From assembly GCF_009914755.1 (NCBI RefSeq), contig NC_060933.1: a DNA stretch of 64,000 bases; one strand, written 5' to 3'. This DNA is from the human T2T-CHM13v2.0 reference genome, Homo sapiens. The position numbers and the translations under genes are program-made. Under the pieces are notes generated by a model. That model was not told the DNA's origin and searched no databases. It was given only the letters and a program-made list of their open reading frames with translations. Below are positions 26,081 through 39,700 of this stretch, piece by piece (the first letter of the stretch is position 1; the number at the start of each line of letters is the position of its first letter).

Positions 26081-29000
26081 CAGAAGCATTCTCAGAAACT
26101 TGTTTGTGATGTGTGTATTCAACTAACAGAGATGAACCTTTCTTTTTACAGAGCAGTTTTGAAACACTCTTTTTGTGGAATCTGAAAGTGGATATTTGGA
26201 TAGCTTTGAGGATTTCGTTGGAAACGGGATTACATATAAAATCTAGAGAGAAGCATTCTCAGGAACTTCTTTGTGATGTTTGCATTCAAGTCACAGAACT
26301 GAACATTCCCTTTCATAGAGCATGTTTGAAACACTCTTTCTGTAGTATCTGCAAGCGGACGTTTCAAGCGCTTTCAGGCCTATGGTGAGAAAGGAAATAT
26401 CTTCAAGTAAAAACTAGACAGAAGCATTCTCAGAAACTTATTTGCCATGTGTGTTCTCAACTAACAGAGTTGAACCTTTGTTTTGATACGGCATTTTGGA
26501 AACACTCTTTTTGTAGAATCTGCAGGTGGATATTCGGATAGCTTTGAAGGTTTCGTTGGAAACGGGAATATCTTCATATAAAATCTAGACGGAAGCATTC
26601 TCAGAAACTGCTTTGTGATGTTTTCATTCAAGTCACAGAGTAGAATGTTCCCTTTTATATACCAGGTTTGAGACACTCTTTCTGCACTATCTGGAAGTGG
26701 ACATTTGGAGCGCTTTGAGGCCTATGATGAAAAAGGAAATATCTTCCCATAAAAACTAGACAGAAGCATTCTCAGAAACTTGTTTGTGATGTGTGTATTC
26801 AACTAACAGAGATGAACCTTTCTTTTTACAGAGCAGTTTTGAAACACTCTTTTTGTGGAATCTGAAAGTGGATATTTGGATAGCTTTGAGGATTTCGTTG
26901 GAAACGGGATTACATATAAAATCTAGAGAGAAGCATTCTCAGGAACTTCTTTGTGATGTTTGCATTCACGTCACAGAACTGAACATTCCCTTTCATAGAG
27001 CATGTTTGAAACACTCTTTCTGTAGTATCTGCAGACGGACATTTCAAGCGCTTTCAGGCCTATGGTAAGAAAGGAAATATCTTCAAATAAAAACTAGACA
27101 GAAGCATTCTCAGAAACTTATTTGCGATGTGTGTCCTCAACTAACAGAGTTGAACCTTTGTTTTGATACAACATTTTGGAAACACTCTTTTTGTAGAATC
27201 TGCAAGTGGATATTTGGATAGCTTTGAAGGTTTCGTTGGAAACGGGAATATCTTCATATAAAATCAAGACAGAAGCATTCTCAGAAACTTCTCTGTGATG
27301 TTTGCATTCAACTCATAGAGTTGAACACTTCCCTTCATAGAGCAGGTTTGAAACACTCTTTTTGTAATATTTGGAAGTGGACATTTGCAGCGCTTTGAGG
27401 CCTATGTTGAAAAAGGAAATATCTTCTCCTAAAAACCAGACAGAAGCATTCTCAGAAACTTCCTTGTGATGTGTGTACTCAACTAACAGAGTTGAACCTT
27501 CCTTTTGACAGAGCCGTTTTGAAACAGTCTTTTTGTAGAATCTGGAAGTAGATATTTGGATACCTTTGAGGATTTCTTTGGAAACGGGATATCTTCATAT
27601 AAAATCTAGACAGAAGCATTCTCAGAAACTTCTTTGTGCTGTATGTCCTCAATTAACAGAGTTGAACCTTTGTGTGGATACAGCATTTTGGAAACATTCC
27701 TTTAGTAGAATCTGCAAGTTGATATTTAGATAGCTAGGAAGATTTCCTTGGAAACGGGAATATCTTCATATAAAATCTAGACGGAAGCATTCTCAGAAAG
27801 TGCTTTGTGATGTTTGCATTCAAGTCACAGAGTTGAATATTCCCTTTTATAGAGCAGGTTTGAAACACTCTTTCTGCACTACCTGGAAGTGGACATTTGG
27901 AGCGCTTTGAGGCCTATGCTGAAAAAGGAAATATCTTCCCATAAAAACTAGACAGAAGCATTCTCAGAAACTTGTTTGTGATGTGTGTATTCAACTAACA
28001 GAGATGAACCTTTCTTTTTACAGAGCAGTTTTGAAACACTCTTTTTGTGGAATCTGAAAGTGGATATTTGGATAGCTTTGAGGATTTCGTTGGAAACGGG
28101 ATTACATATAAAAGCTAGAGAGAAACATTCTCAGGAACTTCTTTGTGATGTTTGCATTCAAGTCACAGAACTGAACATTCCCTTTCATAGAGCATGTTTG
28201 AAACACTCCTTCTGTAGTATCTGCAAGCGGACGTTTCAAGCGCTTTCAGGCCTATGGTGAGAAAGGAAATATCTTCAAGTAAAAACTAGACAGAAGCATT
28301 CTCAGAAACTTATTTGCCATGTGTGTTCTCAACTAACAGAGTTGAAGCTTTGTTTTGATACGGCATTTTGGAAACACTCTTTTTGTAGAATCTGCAGGTG
28401 GATATTCAGATAGCTTTGAAGGTTTCGTTGGAAACGGGAATATCTTCATATAAAATCTAGACGGAAGCATTCTCAGAAACTGCTTTGTGATGTTTTCATT
28501 CAAGTCACAGAGTAGAATGTTCCCTTTTATATACCAGGTTTGAGACATTCTTTCTGCACTATCTGGAAGTGGACATTTGGAGCGCTTAGAGGCCTATGAT
28601 GAAAAAGGAAATATCTTCCCATAAAATCTAGACAGAAGCATTCTCAGAAACTTGTTTGTGATGTGTGTATTCAACTAACAGAGATGAACCTTTCTTTTTA
28701 CAGAGCAGTTTTGAAACACTCTTTTTGTGGAATCTGAAAGTGGATATTAGGATAGCTTTGAGGATTTCGTTGGAAACGGGATTACATATAAAATCTAGAG
28801 AGAAGCATTCTCAGGAACTTCTTTGTGATGTTTGCATTCACGTCACAGAACTGAACATTCCCTTTCATAGAGCATGTTTGAAACACTCTTTCTGTAGTAT
28901 CTGCAAACGGACATTTCAAGCGCTTTCAGGCCTATGGTAAGAAAGGAAATATCTTCAAATAAAAACTAGACAGAAGCATTCTCAGAAACTTATTTGCGAT

Positions 29001-31694
29001 GTGTGTCCTCAACTAACAGAGTTGAACCTTTGTTTTGATACAACATTTTGGAAACACTCTTTTTGTAGAATCTGCAAGTGGATATTTGGATAGCTTTGAA
29101 GGTTTCGTTGGAAACGGGAATATCTTCATATAAAATCAAGACAGAAGCATTCTCAGAAACTTCTCTGTGATGTTTGCTTTCAACTCATAGAGTTGAACAC
29201 TTCCCTTCGTAGAGCAGGTTTGAAACACTCTTTTTGTAATATTTGGAAGTGGACACTTGCAGCGCTTTGAGGCCTATGTTGAAAAAGGAAATATCTTCTC
29301 CTAAAAACCAGACAGAAGCATTCTCAGAAACTTCCTTGTGATGTGTGTACTCAAGTAACAGAGATGAACCTTGCTTTTGACAGAGCCGTTTTGAAACAGT
29401 CTTTTTGTAGAATCTGGAAGTAGATATTTGGATACCTTTGAGGATTTCTTTGGAAACGGGATATCTTCATATAAAATCTAGACAGAAGCATTCTCAGAAA
29501 CTTCTTTGTGCTGTATGTCCTCAATTAACAGAGTTGAACCTTTGTGTGGATACAGCATTTTGGAAACATTCCTTTAGTAGAATCTGCAAGTTGATATTTA
29601 GATAGCTAGGAAGATTTCCTTGGAAACGGGAATATCTTCATATAAAATCTAGACGGAAGCATTCTCAGAAAGTGCTTTGTGATGTTTGCATTCAAGTCAC
29701 AGAGTTGAATATTCCCTTTTATAGAGCAGGTTTGAAACACTCTTTCTGCACTACCTGGAAGTGGACATTTGGAGCGCTTTGAGGCCTATGTTGAAAAAGG
29801 AAATATCTTCCCATAAAAACTAGACAGAAGCATTCTCAGAAACTTGTTTGTGATGTGTGTATTCAACTAACAGAGATGAACCTTTCTTTTTACAGAGCAG
29901 TTTTGAAACACTCTTTTTGTGGAATCTGAAAGTGGATATTTGGATAGCTTTGAGGATTTCTTTGGAAACGGGATTACATATAAAATCTAGAGAGAAGCAT
30001 TCTCAGGAACTTCTTTGTGATGTTTGCATTCAAGTCACAGAACTGAACATTCCCTTTCATAGAGCATGTTTGAAACACTCCTTCTGTAGTATCTGCAAGC
30101 GGACGTTTCAAGCGCTTTCAGGCCTATGGTGAGAAAGGAAATATCTTCAAGTAAAAACTAGAGAAGCATTCTGAGAAACTTATTTGCCATGTGTGTTCTC
30201 AACTAACAGAGTTGAACCTTTGTTTTGATACGGCATTTTGGAAACACTCTTTTTGTAGAATCTGCAGGTGGATATTCGGATAGCTTTGAAGGTTTCGTTG
30301 GAAACGGGAATATCTTCATATAAAATCTAGACGGAAGCATTCTCAGAAACTGCTTTGTGATGTTTTCATTCAAGTCACAGAGTAGAATCTTCGCTTTTAT
30401 ACACCAGGTTTGAGACACTCTTTATGCACTATCTGGAAGTGGACATTTGGAGCGCTTTGAGGCCTATGATGATAAAGGAAATATCTTCCCATAAAAACTA
30501 GACAGAAGCATTCTCAGAAACTTGTTTGTGATGTGTGTATTCAACTAACAGAGATGAACCTTTCTTTTTACAGAGCAGTTTTGAAACACTCTTTTTGTGG
30601 AATCTGAAAGTGGATATTTGGATAGCTTTGAGGATTTCGTTGGAAACGGGATTACATATAAAATCTAGAGAGAAGCATTCTCAGGAACTTCTTTGTGATG
30701 TTTGCATTCACGTCACAGAACTGAACATTCCCTTTCATAGAGCATGTTTGAAACACTCTTTCTGTAGTATCTGCAAACGGACATTTCAAGCGCTTTCAGG
30801 CCTATGGTAAGAAAGGAAATATCTTCAAATAAAAACTAGACAGAAGCATTCTCAGAAACTTATTTGCGATGTGTGTCCTCAACTAACAGAGTTGAACCTT
30901 TGTTTTGATACAACATTTTGGAAACACTCTTTTTGTAGAATCTGCAAGTGGATATTTGGATAGCTTTGAAGGTTTCGTTGGAAACGGGAATATCTTCATA
31001 TAAAATCAAGACAGAAGCATTCTCAGAAACTTCTCTGTGATGTTTGCATTCAACTCATAGAGGTGAACACTTCCCTTCATAGAGCAGGTTTGAAACACTC
31101 TTTTTGTAATATTTGGAAGTGGACATTTGCAGCGCTTTGAGGCCTATGTTGAAAAAGGAAATATCTTCTCCTAAAAACCAGACAGAAGCATTCTCAGAAA
31201 CTTCCTTGTGATGTTTGTACTCAAGTAACAGAGTTGAACCTTACTTTTGACAGAGCCGTTTTGAAACAGTCTTTTTGTAGAATCTGGAAGTAGATATTTG
31301 GACACCTTTGAGGATTTCTTTGGAAACGGGATATCTTCATATAAAATCTAGACAGAAGCATTCTCAGAAACTTCTTTGTGCTGTATGTCCTCAATTAACA
31401 GAGTTGAACCTTTGTGTGGATACAGCATTTTGGAAACATTCCTTTAGTAGAATCTGCAGGTTGATACTTAGATAGCTAGGAAGATTTCCTTGGAAACGGG
31501 AATATCTTCATATAAAATCTAGACGGAAGCATTCTCAGAAAGTGCTTTGTGATGTTTGCATTCAAGTCACAGAGTTGAATATTCCCTTTTATAGAGCAGG
31601 TTTGAAACACTCTTTCTGCACTACCTGGAAGTGGACATTTGGAGCGCTTTGAGGCCTATGTTGAAAAAGGAAATATCTTCCCATAAAAACTAGA

Positions 31695-32884
31695 CAGAAG
31701 CATTCTCAGAAACTTGTTTGTGATGTGTGTATTCAACTAACAGAGATGAACCTTTCTTTTTACAGAGCAGTTTTGAAACACTCTTTTTGTGGAATCTGAA
31801 AGTGGATATTTGGATAGCTTTGAGGATTTCGTTGGAAACGGGATTACATATAAAATCTAGAGAGAAGCATTCTCAGGAACTTCTTTGTGATGTTTGCATT
31901 CACGTCACAGAACTGAACATTCCCTTTCATAGAGCATGTTTGAAACACTCTTTCTGTAGTATCTGCAAACGGACATTTCAAGCGCTTTCAGGCCTATGGT
32001 AAGAAAGGAAATATCTTCAAATAAAAACTAGACAGAAGCATTCTCAGAAACTTATTTGCGATGTGTGTCCTCAACTAACAGAGTTGAACCTTTGTTTTGA
32101 TACAACATTTTGGAAACACTCTTTTTGTAGAATCTGCAAGTGGATATTTGGATAGCTTTGAAGGTTTCTTTGGAAACGGGAATATCTTCATATAAAATCA
32201 AGACAGAAGCATTCTCAGAAACTTCTCTGTGATGTTTGCATTCAACTCATAGAGTTGAACACTTCCCTTCATAGAGCAGGTTTGAAACACTCTTTTTGTA
32301 ATATTTGGAAGTGGACATTTGCAGCGCTTTGAGGCCTATGTTGAAAAAGGAAATATTTCTCCTAAAAACCAGACAGAAGCATTCTCAGAAACTTCCTTGT
32401 GATGTGTGTACTCAAGTAACAGAGTTGAACCTTCCTTTTGACAGAGCCGTTTTGAAACAGTCTTTTTGTAGAATCTGGAAGTAGATATTTGGACACCTTT
32501 GAGGATTTCTTTGGAAACGGGATATCTTCATATAAAATCTAGACAGAAGCATTCTCAGAATCTTCTTTGTGCTGTATGTCCTCAATTAACAGAGTTGAAC
32601 CTTTGGTGGATACAGCATTTTGGAAACACTCCTTTAGTAGGATATGCAAGTTGATATTTAGATAGCTAGGAAGATTTCCTTGGAAACGGGAATATCTTCA
32701 TATAAAATCTAGACGGAAGCATTCTCAGAAAGTGCTTTGTGATGTTTGCATTCAAGTCACAGAGTTGAATATTCCCTTTTATAGAGCAGGTTTGAAACAC
32801 TCTTTCTGCACTACCTGGAAGTGGACATTTGGAGCGCTTTGAGGCCTATGTTGAAAAAGGAAATATCTTCCCATAAAAACTAGA
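31695..32884 (+). repeat. 7-mer HOR variant, junction type II (1190 bp, two 1-bp deletions)
   Basis: ORF spacing 31727 to 32917 = 1190. It carries M6-type alleles (cacgtc, aaacggacatt, ggtaag). Deletions lie near 32356 ('aaatatttct') and 32605 ('ctttggtgga'). Confidence 0.9.
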
Positions 32885-34756
32885 CAGAAGCATTCTCAGA
32901 AACTTGTTTGTGATGTGTGTATTCAACTAACAGAGATGAACCTTTCTTTTTACAGAGCAGTTTTGAAACACTCTTTTTGTGGAATCTGAAAGTGGATATT
33001 TGGATAGCTTTGAGGATTTCGTTGGAAACGGGATTACATATAAAATCTAGAGAGAAGCATTCTCAGGAACTTCTTTGTGATGTTTGCATTCAAGTCACAG
33101 AACTGAACATTCCCTTTCATAGAGCATGTTTGAAACACTCTTTCTGTAGTATCTGCAAGCGGACGTTTCAAGCGCTTTCAGGCCTATGGTGAGAAAGGAA
33201 ATATCTTCAAGTAAAAACTAGACAGAAGCATTCTCAGAAATTTATTTGCCATGTGTGTTCTCAACTAACAGAGTTGAACCTTTGTTTGGATACGGCATTT
33301 TGGAAACACTCTTTTTGTAGAATCTGCAGGTGGATATTCGGATAGCTTTGAAGGTTTCGTTGGAAACGGGAATATCTTCATATAAAATCTAGACGGAAGC
33401 ATTCTCAGAAACTGCTTTGTGATGTTTTCATTCAAGTCACAGAGTAGAATGTTCCCTTTTATATACCAGGTTTGAGACACTCTTTCTGCACTATCTGGAA
33501 GTGGACATTTGGAGCGCTTTGAGGCCTATGATGAAAAAGGAAATATCTTCCCATAAAAACTAGACAGAAGCATTCTCAGAAACTTGTTTGTGATGTGTGT
33601 ATTCAACTAACAGAGATGAACCTTTCTTTTTACAGAGCAGTTTTGAAACACTCTTTTTGTTGAATCTGAAAGTGGATATTTGGACAGCTGTGAGGATTTC
33701 GTTGGAAACGGGATTACATATAAAATCTAGAGAGAAGCATTCTCAGGAACTTCTTTGTGATGTTTGCATTCACGTCACAGAACTGAACATTCCCTTTCAT
33801 AGAGCATGTTTGAAACACTCTTTCTGTAGTATCTGCAAACGGACATTTCAAGCGCTTTCAGGCCTATGGTAAGAAAGGAAATATCTTCAAATAAAAACTA
33901 GACAGAAGCATTCTCAGAAACTTATTTGCAATGTGTGTCCTCAACTAACAGAGTTGAACCTTTGTTTTGATACAACATTTTGGAAACACTCTTTTTGTAG
34001 AATCTGCAAGTGGATATTTGGATAGCTTTGAAGGTTTCGTTGGAAACGGGAATATCTTCATATAAAATCAAGTCAGAAGCATTCTCAGAAACTTCTCTGT
34101 GATGTTTGCATTCAACTCATAGAGTTGAACACTTCCCTTCATAGAGCAGGTTTGAAACACTCTTTTTGTAATATTTGGAAGTGGACATTTGCAGCGCTTT
34201 GAGGCCTATGTTGAAAAAGGAAATATCTTCTCCTAAAAATCAGACAGAAGCATTCTCAGAAACTTCCTTGTGATGTGTGTACTCAAGTAACAGAGTTGAA
34301 CCTTCCTTTTGACAGAGCCGTTTTGAAACAGTCTTTTTGTAGAATCTGGAAGTAGATATTTGGACACCTTTGAGGATTTCTTTGGAAACGGGATATCTTC
34401 ATATAAAATCTAGACAGAAGCATTCTCAGAAACTTCTTTGTGCTGTATGTCCTCAATTAACAGAGTTGAACCTTTGTGTGGATACAGCATTTTTGAAACA
34501 CTCCTTTAGTAGGATATGCAAGTTGATATTTAGATAGCTAGGAAGATTTCCTTGGAAACGGGAATATCTTCATATAAAATCTAGCCGGAAGCATTCTCAG
34601 AAAGTGCTTTGTGATGTTTGCATTCAAGTCACAGAGTTGAATATTCCCTTTTATAGAGCAGGTTTGAAACACTCTTTCTGCACTACCTGGAATTGGACAT
34701 TTGGAGCGCTTTGAGGCCTATGTTGAAAAAGGAAATATCTTCCCATAAAAACTAGA

Positions 34757-36799
34757 CAGAAGCATTCTCAGAAACTTGTTTGTGATGTGTGTATTCAACT
34801 AACAGAGATGAACCTTTCTTTTTACAGAGCAGTTTTGAAACACTCTTTTTGTGGAATCTGAAAGTGGATATTTGGATAGCTTTGAGGATTTCGTTGGAAA
34901 CGGGATTACATAGAAAATCTAGAGAGAAGCATTCTCAGGAACTTCTTTGTGATGTTTGCATTCAAGTCACAGAACTGAACATTCCCTTTCATAGAGCATG
35001 TTTGAAACACTCTTTCTGTAGTATCTGCAAGCGGACGTTTCAAGAGCTTTCAGGCCTATGGTGAGAAAGGAAATATCTTCAAGTAAAAACTAGACAGAAG
35101 CATTCTCAGAAACTTATTTGCCATGTGTGTTCTCAACTAACAGAGTTGAACCTTTATTTTGAAACGGCATTTTGGAAACACTCTTTTTGTAGAATCTGCA
35201 GGTGGATATTCGGATAGCTTTGAAGGTTTCGTTGGAAACGGGAATATCTTCATATAAAATCTAGACGGAAGCATTCTCAGAAACTGCTTTGTGATGTTTT
35301 CATTGAAGTCACAGAGTAGAATGTTCCCTTTTATATACCAGGTTTGAGACACTCTTTCTGCACTATCTGGAAGTGGACATTTGGAGCGCTTTGAGGCCTA
35401 TGATGAAAAAGGAAATATCTTCCCATAAAAACTAGACGGAAGCATTCTCAGAAACTGCTTTGTGATGTTTTCATTCAAGTCACAGAGTAGAATGTTCCCT
35501 TTTATATACCAGGTTTGAGACACTCTTTCTGCACTATCTGGAAGTGGACATTTGGAGCGCTTTGAGGCCTATGATGAAAAAGGAAATATCTTCCCATAAA
35601 AACTAGACAGAAGCATTCTCAGAAACTTGTTTGTGATGTGTGTATTCAACTAACAGAGATGAACCTTTCTTTTTACAGAGCAGTTTTGAAACACTCTTTT
35701 TGTGGAATCTGAAAGTGGATATTTTGACAGCTGTGAGGATTTCGTTGGAAACGGGATTACATATAAAATCTAGAGAGAAGCATTCTCAGGAACTTCTTTG
35801 TGATGTTTGCATTCACGTCACAGAACTGAACATTCCCTTTCATAGAGCATGTTTGAAACACTCTTTCTGTAGTATCTGCAAACGGACATTTCAAGCGCTT
35901 TCAGGCCTATGGTAAGAAAGGAAATATCTTCAAATAAAAACTAGACAGAAGCATTCTCAGAAACTTATTTGCAATGTGTGTCCTCAACTAACAGAGTTGA
36001 ACCTTTGTTTTGATACAACATTTTGGAAACACTCTTTTTGTAGAATCTGCAAGTGGATATTTGGATAGCTTTGAAGGTTTCGTTGCAAACGGGAATATCT
36101 TCATATAAAATCAAGACAGAAGCATTCTCAGAAACTTCTCTGTGATGTTTGCATTCAACTCATAGAGTTGAACACTTCCCTTCATAGAGCAGGTTTGAAA
36201 CACTCTTTTTGTAATATTTGGAAGTGGACATTTGCAGCGCTTTGAGGCCTATGTTGAAAAAGGAAATATCTTCTCCTAAAAACCAGACAGAAGCATTCTC
36301 AGAAACTTCCTTGTGATGTGTGTACTCAAGTAACAGAGTTGAACCTTCCTTTTGACAGAGCCGTTTTGAAACAGTCTTTTTGTAGAATCTGGAAGTAGAT
36401 ATTTGGACACCTTTGAGGATTTCTTTGGAAACGGGATATCTTCATATAAAATCTAGACAGAAGCATTCTCAGAAACTTCTTTGTGCTGTATGTCCTCAAT
36501 TAACAGAGTTGAACCTTTGTGTGGATACAGCATTTTGGAAACACTCCTTTAGTAGGATATGCAAGTTGATATTTAGATAGCTAGGAAGATTTCCTTGGAA
36601 ACGGGAATATCTTCATATAAAATCTAGACGGAAGCATTCTCAGAAAGTGCTTTGTGATGTTTGCATTCAAGTCACAGAGTTGAATATTCCCTTTTATAGA
36701 GCAGGTTTGAAACACTCTTTCTGCACTACCTGGAAGTGGACATTTGGAGCGCTTTGAGGCCTATGTTGAAAAAGGAAATATCTTCCCATAAAAACTAGA
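34757..36799 (+). repeat. 12-mer HOR variant (2043 bp) with a tandem duplication of monomer M4 (35261-35431 and 35432-35602)
   Basis: ORF spacing 34789 to 35640 = 851 = 680+171. 'ctagacggaagcattctcagaaactgc' occurs at both 35261 and 35432. Confidence 0.95.
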
Positions 36800-39700
36800 C
36801 AGAAGCATTCTCAGAAACTTGTTTGTGATGTGTGTATTCAACTAACAGAGATGAACCTTTCTTTTTACAGAGCAGTTTTGAAACACTCTTTTTGTGGAAT
36901 CTGAAAGTGGATATTTGGATAGCTTTGAGGATTTCGTTGGAAACGGGATTACATAGAAAATCTAGAGAGAAGCATTCTCAGGAACTTCTTTGTGATGTTT
37001 GCATTCAAGTCACAGAACTGAACATTCCCTTTCATAGAGCATGTTTGAAACACTCTTTCTGTAGTATCTGCAAGCGGACGTTTCAAGCGCTTTCAGGCCT
37101 ATGGTGAGAAAGGAAATATCTTCAAGTAAAAACTAGACAGAAGCATTCTCAGAAACTTATTTGCCATGTGTGTTCTCAACTAACAGAGTTGAACCTTTGT
37201 TTTGATACGGCATTTTGGAAACACTCTTTTTGTAGAATCTGCAGGTGGATATTCGGATAGCTTTGAAGGTTTCTTTGGAAACGGGAATATCTTCATATAA
37301 AATCTAGACGGAAGCATTCTCAGAAACTGCTTTGTGATGTTTTCATTCAAGTCACAGAGTAGAATGTTCCCTTTTATATACCAGGTTTGAGACACTCTTT
37401 CTGCACTATCTGGAAGTGGACATTTGGAGCGCTTTGAGGCCTATGATGAAAAAGGAAATATCTTCCCATAAAAACTAGACAGAAGCATTCTCAGAAACTT
37501 GTTTGTGATGTGTGTATTCAACTAACAGAGATGAACCTTTCTTTTTACAGAGCAGTTTTGAAACACTCTTTTTGTGGAATCTGAAAGTGGATATTTTGAC
37601 AGCTGTGAGGATTTCGTTGGAAACGGGATTACATATAAAATCTAGAGAGAAGCATTCTCAGGAACTTCTTTGTGATGTTTGCATTCACGTCACAGAACTG
37701 AACATTCCCTTTCATAGAGCATGTTTGAAACACTCTTTCTGTAGTATCTGCAAACGGACATTTCAAGCGCTTTCAGGCCTATGGTAAGAAAGGAAATATC
37801 TTCAAATAAAAACTAGACAGAAGCATTCTCAGAAACTTATTTGCAATGTGTGTCCTCAACTAACAGAGTTGAACCTTTGTTTTGATACAACATTTTGGAA
37901 ACACTCTTTTTGTAGAATCTGCAAGTGGATATTTGGATAGCTTTGAAGGTTTCGTTGCAAACGGGAATATCTTCATATAAAATCAAGACAGAAGCATTCT
38001 CAGAAACTTCTCTGTGATGTTTGCATTCAACTCATAGAGTTGAACACTTCCCTTCATAGAGCAGGTTTGAAACACTCTTTTTGTAATATTTGGAAGTGGA
38101 CATTTGCAGCGCTTTGAGGCCTATGTTGAAAAAGGAAATATCTTCTCCTAAAAACCAGACAGAAGCATTCTCAGAAACTTCCTTGTGATGTGTGTACTCA
38201 AGTAACAGAGTTGAACCTTCCTTTTGACAGAGCCGTTTTGAAACAGTCTTTTTGTAGAATCTGGAAGTAGATATTTGGACACCTTTGAGGATTTCTTTGG
38301 AAAAGGGATATCTTCATATAAAATCTAGACAGAAGCATTCTCAGAAACTTCTTTGTGCTGTATGTCCTCAATTAACAGAGTTGAACCTTTGTGTGGATAC
38401 AGCATTTTGGAAACACTCCTTTAGTAGGATATGCAAGTTGATATTTAGATAGCTAGGAAGATTTCCTTGGAAACGGGAATATCTTCATATAAAATCTAGA
38501 CGGAAGCATTCTCAGAAAGTGCTTTGTGATGTTTGCATTCAAGTCACAGAGTTGAATATTCCCTTTTATAGAGCAGGTTTGAAACACTCTTTCTGCACTA
38601 CCTGGAAGTGGACATTTGGAGCGCTTTGAGGCCTATGTTGAAAAAGGAAATATCTTCCCATAAAAACTAGACAGAAGCATTCTCAGAAACTTGTTTGTGA
38701 TGTGTGTATTCAACTAACAGAGATGAACCTTTCTTTTTACAGAGCAGTTTTGAAACACTCTTTTTGTGGAATCTGAAAGTGGATATTTGGATAGCTTTGA
38801 GGATTTCGTTGGAAACGGGATTACATAGAAAATCTAGAGAGAAGCATTCTCAGGAACTTCTTTGTGTTGTTTGCATTCACGTCACAGAACTGAACATTCC
38901 CTTTCATAGAGCATGTTTGAAACACTCTTTCTGTAGTATCTGCAAGCGGACGTTTCAAGCGCTTTCAGGCCTATGGTGAGAAAGGAAATATCTTCAAGTA
39001 AAAACTAGACAGAAGCATTCTCAGAAACTTATTTGCCATGTGTGTTCTCAACTAACAGAGTTGAACCTTTGTTTTGATACGGCATTTTGGAAACACTCTT
39101 TTTGTAGAATCTGCAGGTGGATATTCGGATAGCTTTGAAGGTTTCGTTGGAAACGGGAATATCTTCATATAAAATCTAGACGGAAGCATTCTCAGAAACT
39201 GCTTTGTGATGTTTTCATTCAAGTCACAGAGTAGAATGTTCCCTTTTATATACCAGGTTTGAGACACTCTTTCTGCACTATCTGGAAGTGGACATTTGGA
39301 GCGCTTTGAGGCCTATGATGAAAAAGGAAATATCTTCCCATAAAAACTAGACAGAAGCATTCTCAGAAACTTGTTTGTGATGTGTGTATTCAACTAACAG
39401 AGATGAACCTTTCTTTTTACAGAGCAGTTTTGAAACACTCTTTTTGTGGAATCTGAAAGTGGATATTTGGATAGCTTTGAGGATTTCGTTGGAAACGGGA
39501 TTACATATAAAATCTAGAGAGAAGCATTCTCAGGAACTTCTTTGTGATGTTTGCATTCACGTCACAGAACTGAACATTCCCTTTCATAGAGCATGTTTGA
39601 AACACTCTTTCTGTAGTATCTGCAAACGGACATTTCAAGCGCTTTCAGGCCTATGGTAAGAAAGGAAATATCTTCAAATCAAAACTAGACAGAAGCATTC

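Larger units (their letters stand above)
21825..27950 (+). repeat. Two copies of a 3064-bp unit (7+11 = 18 monomers)
   Basis: Shared variants at offset 3064: RRTF ORFs 23729/26793, 'tactcaact' 24419/27483, 'tatgctg' 24855/27919, and the 7-mers at 21825/24889. Confidence 0.82.
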
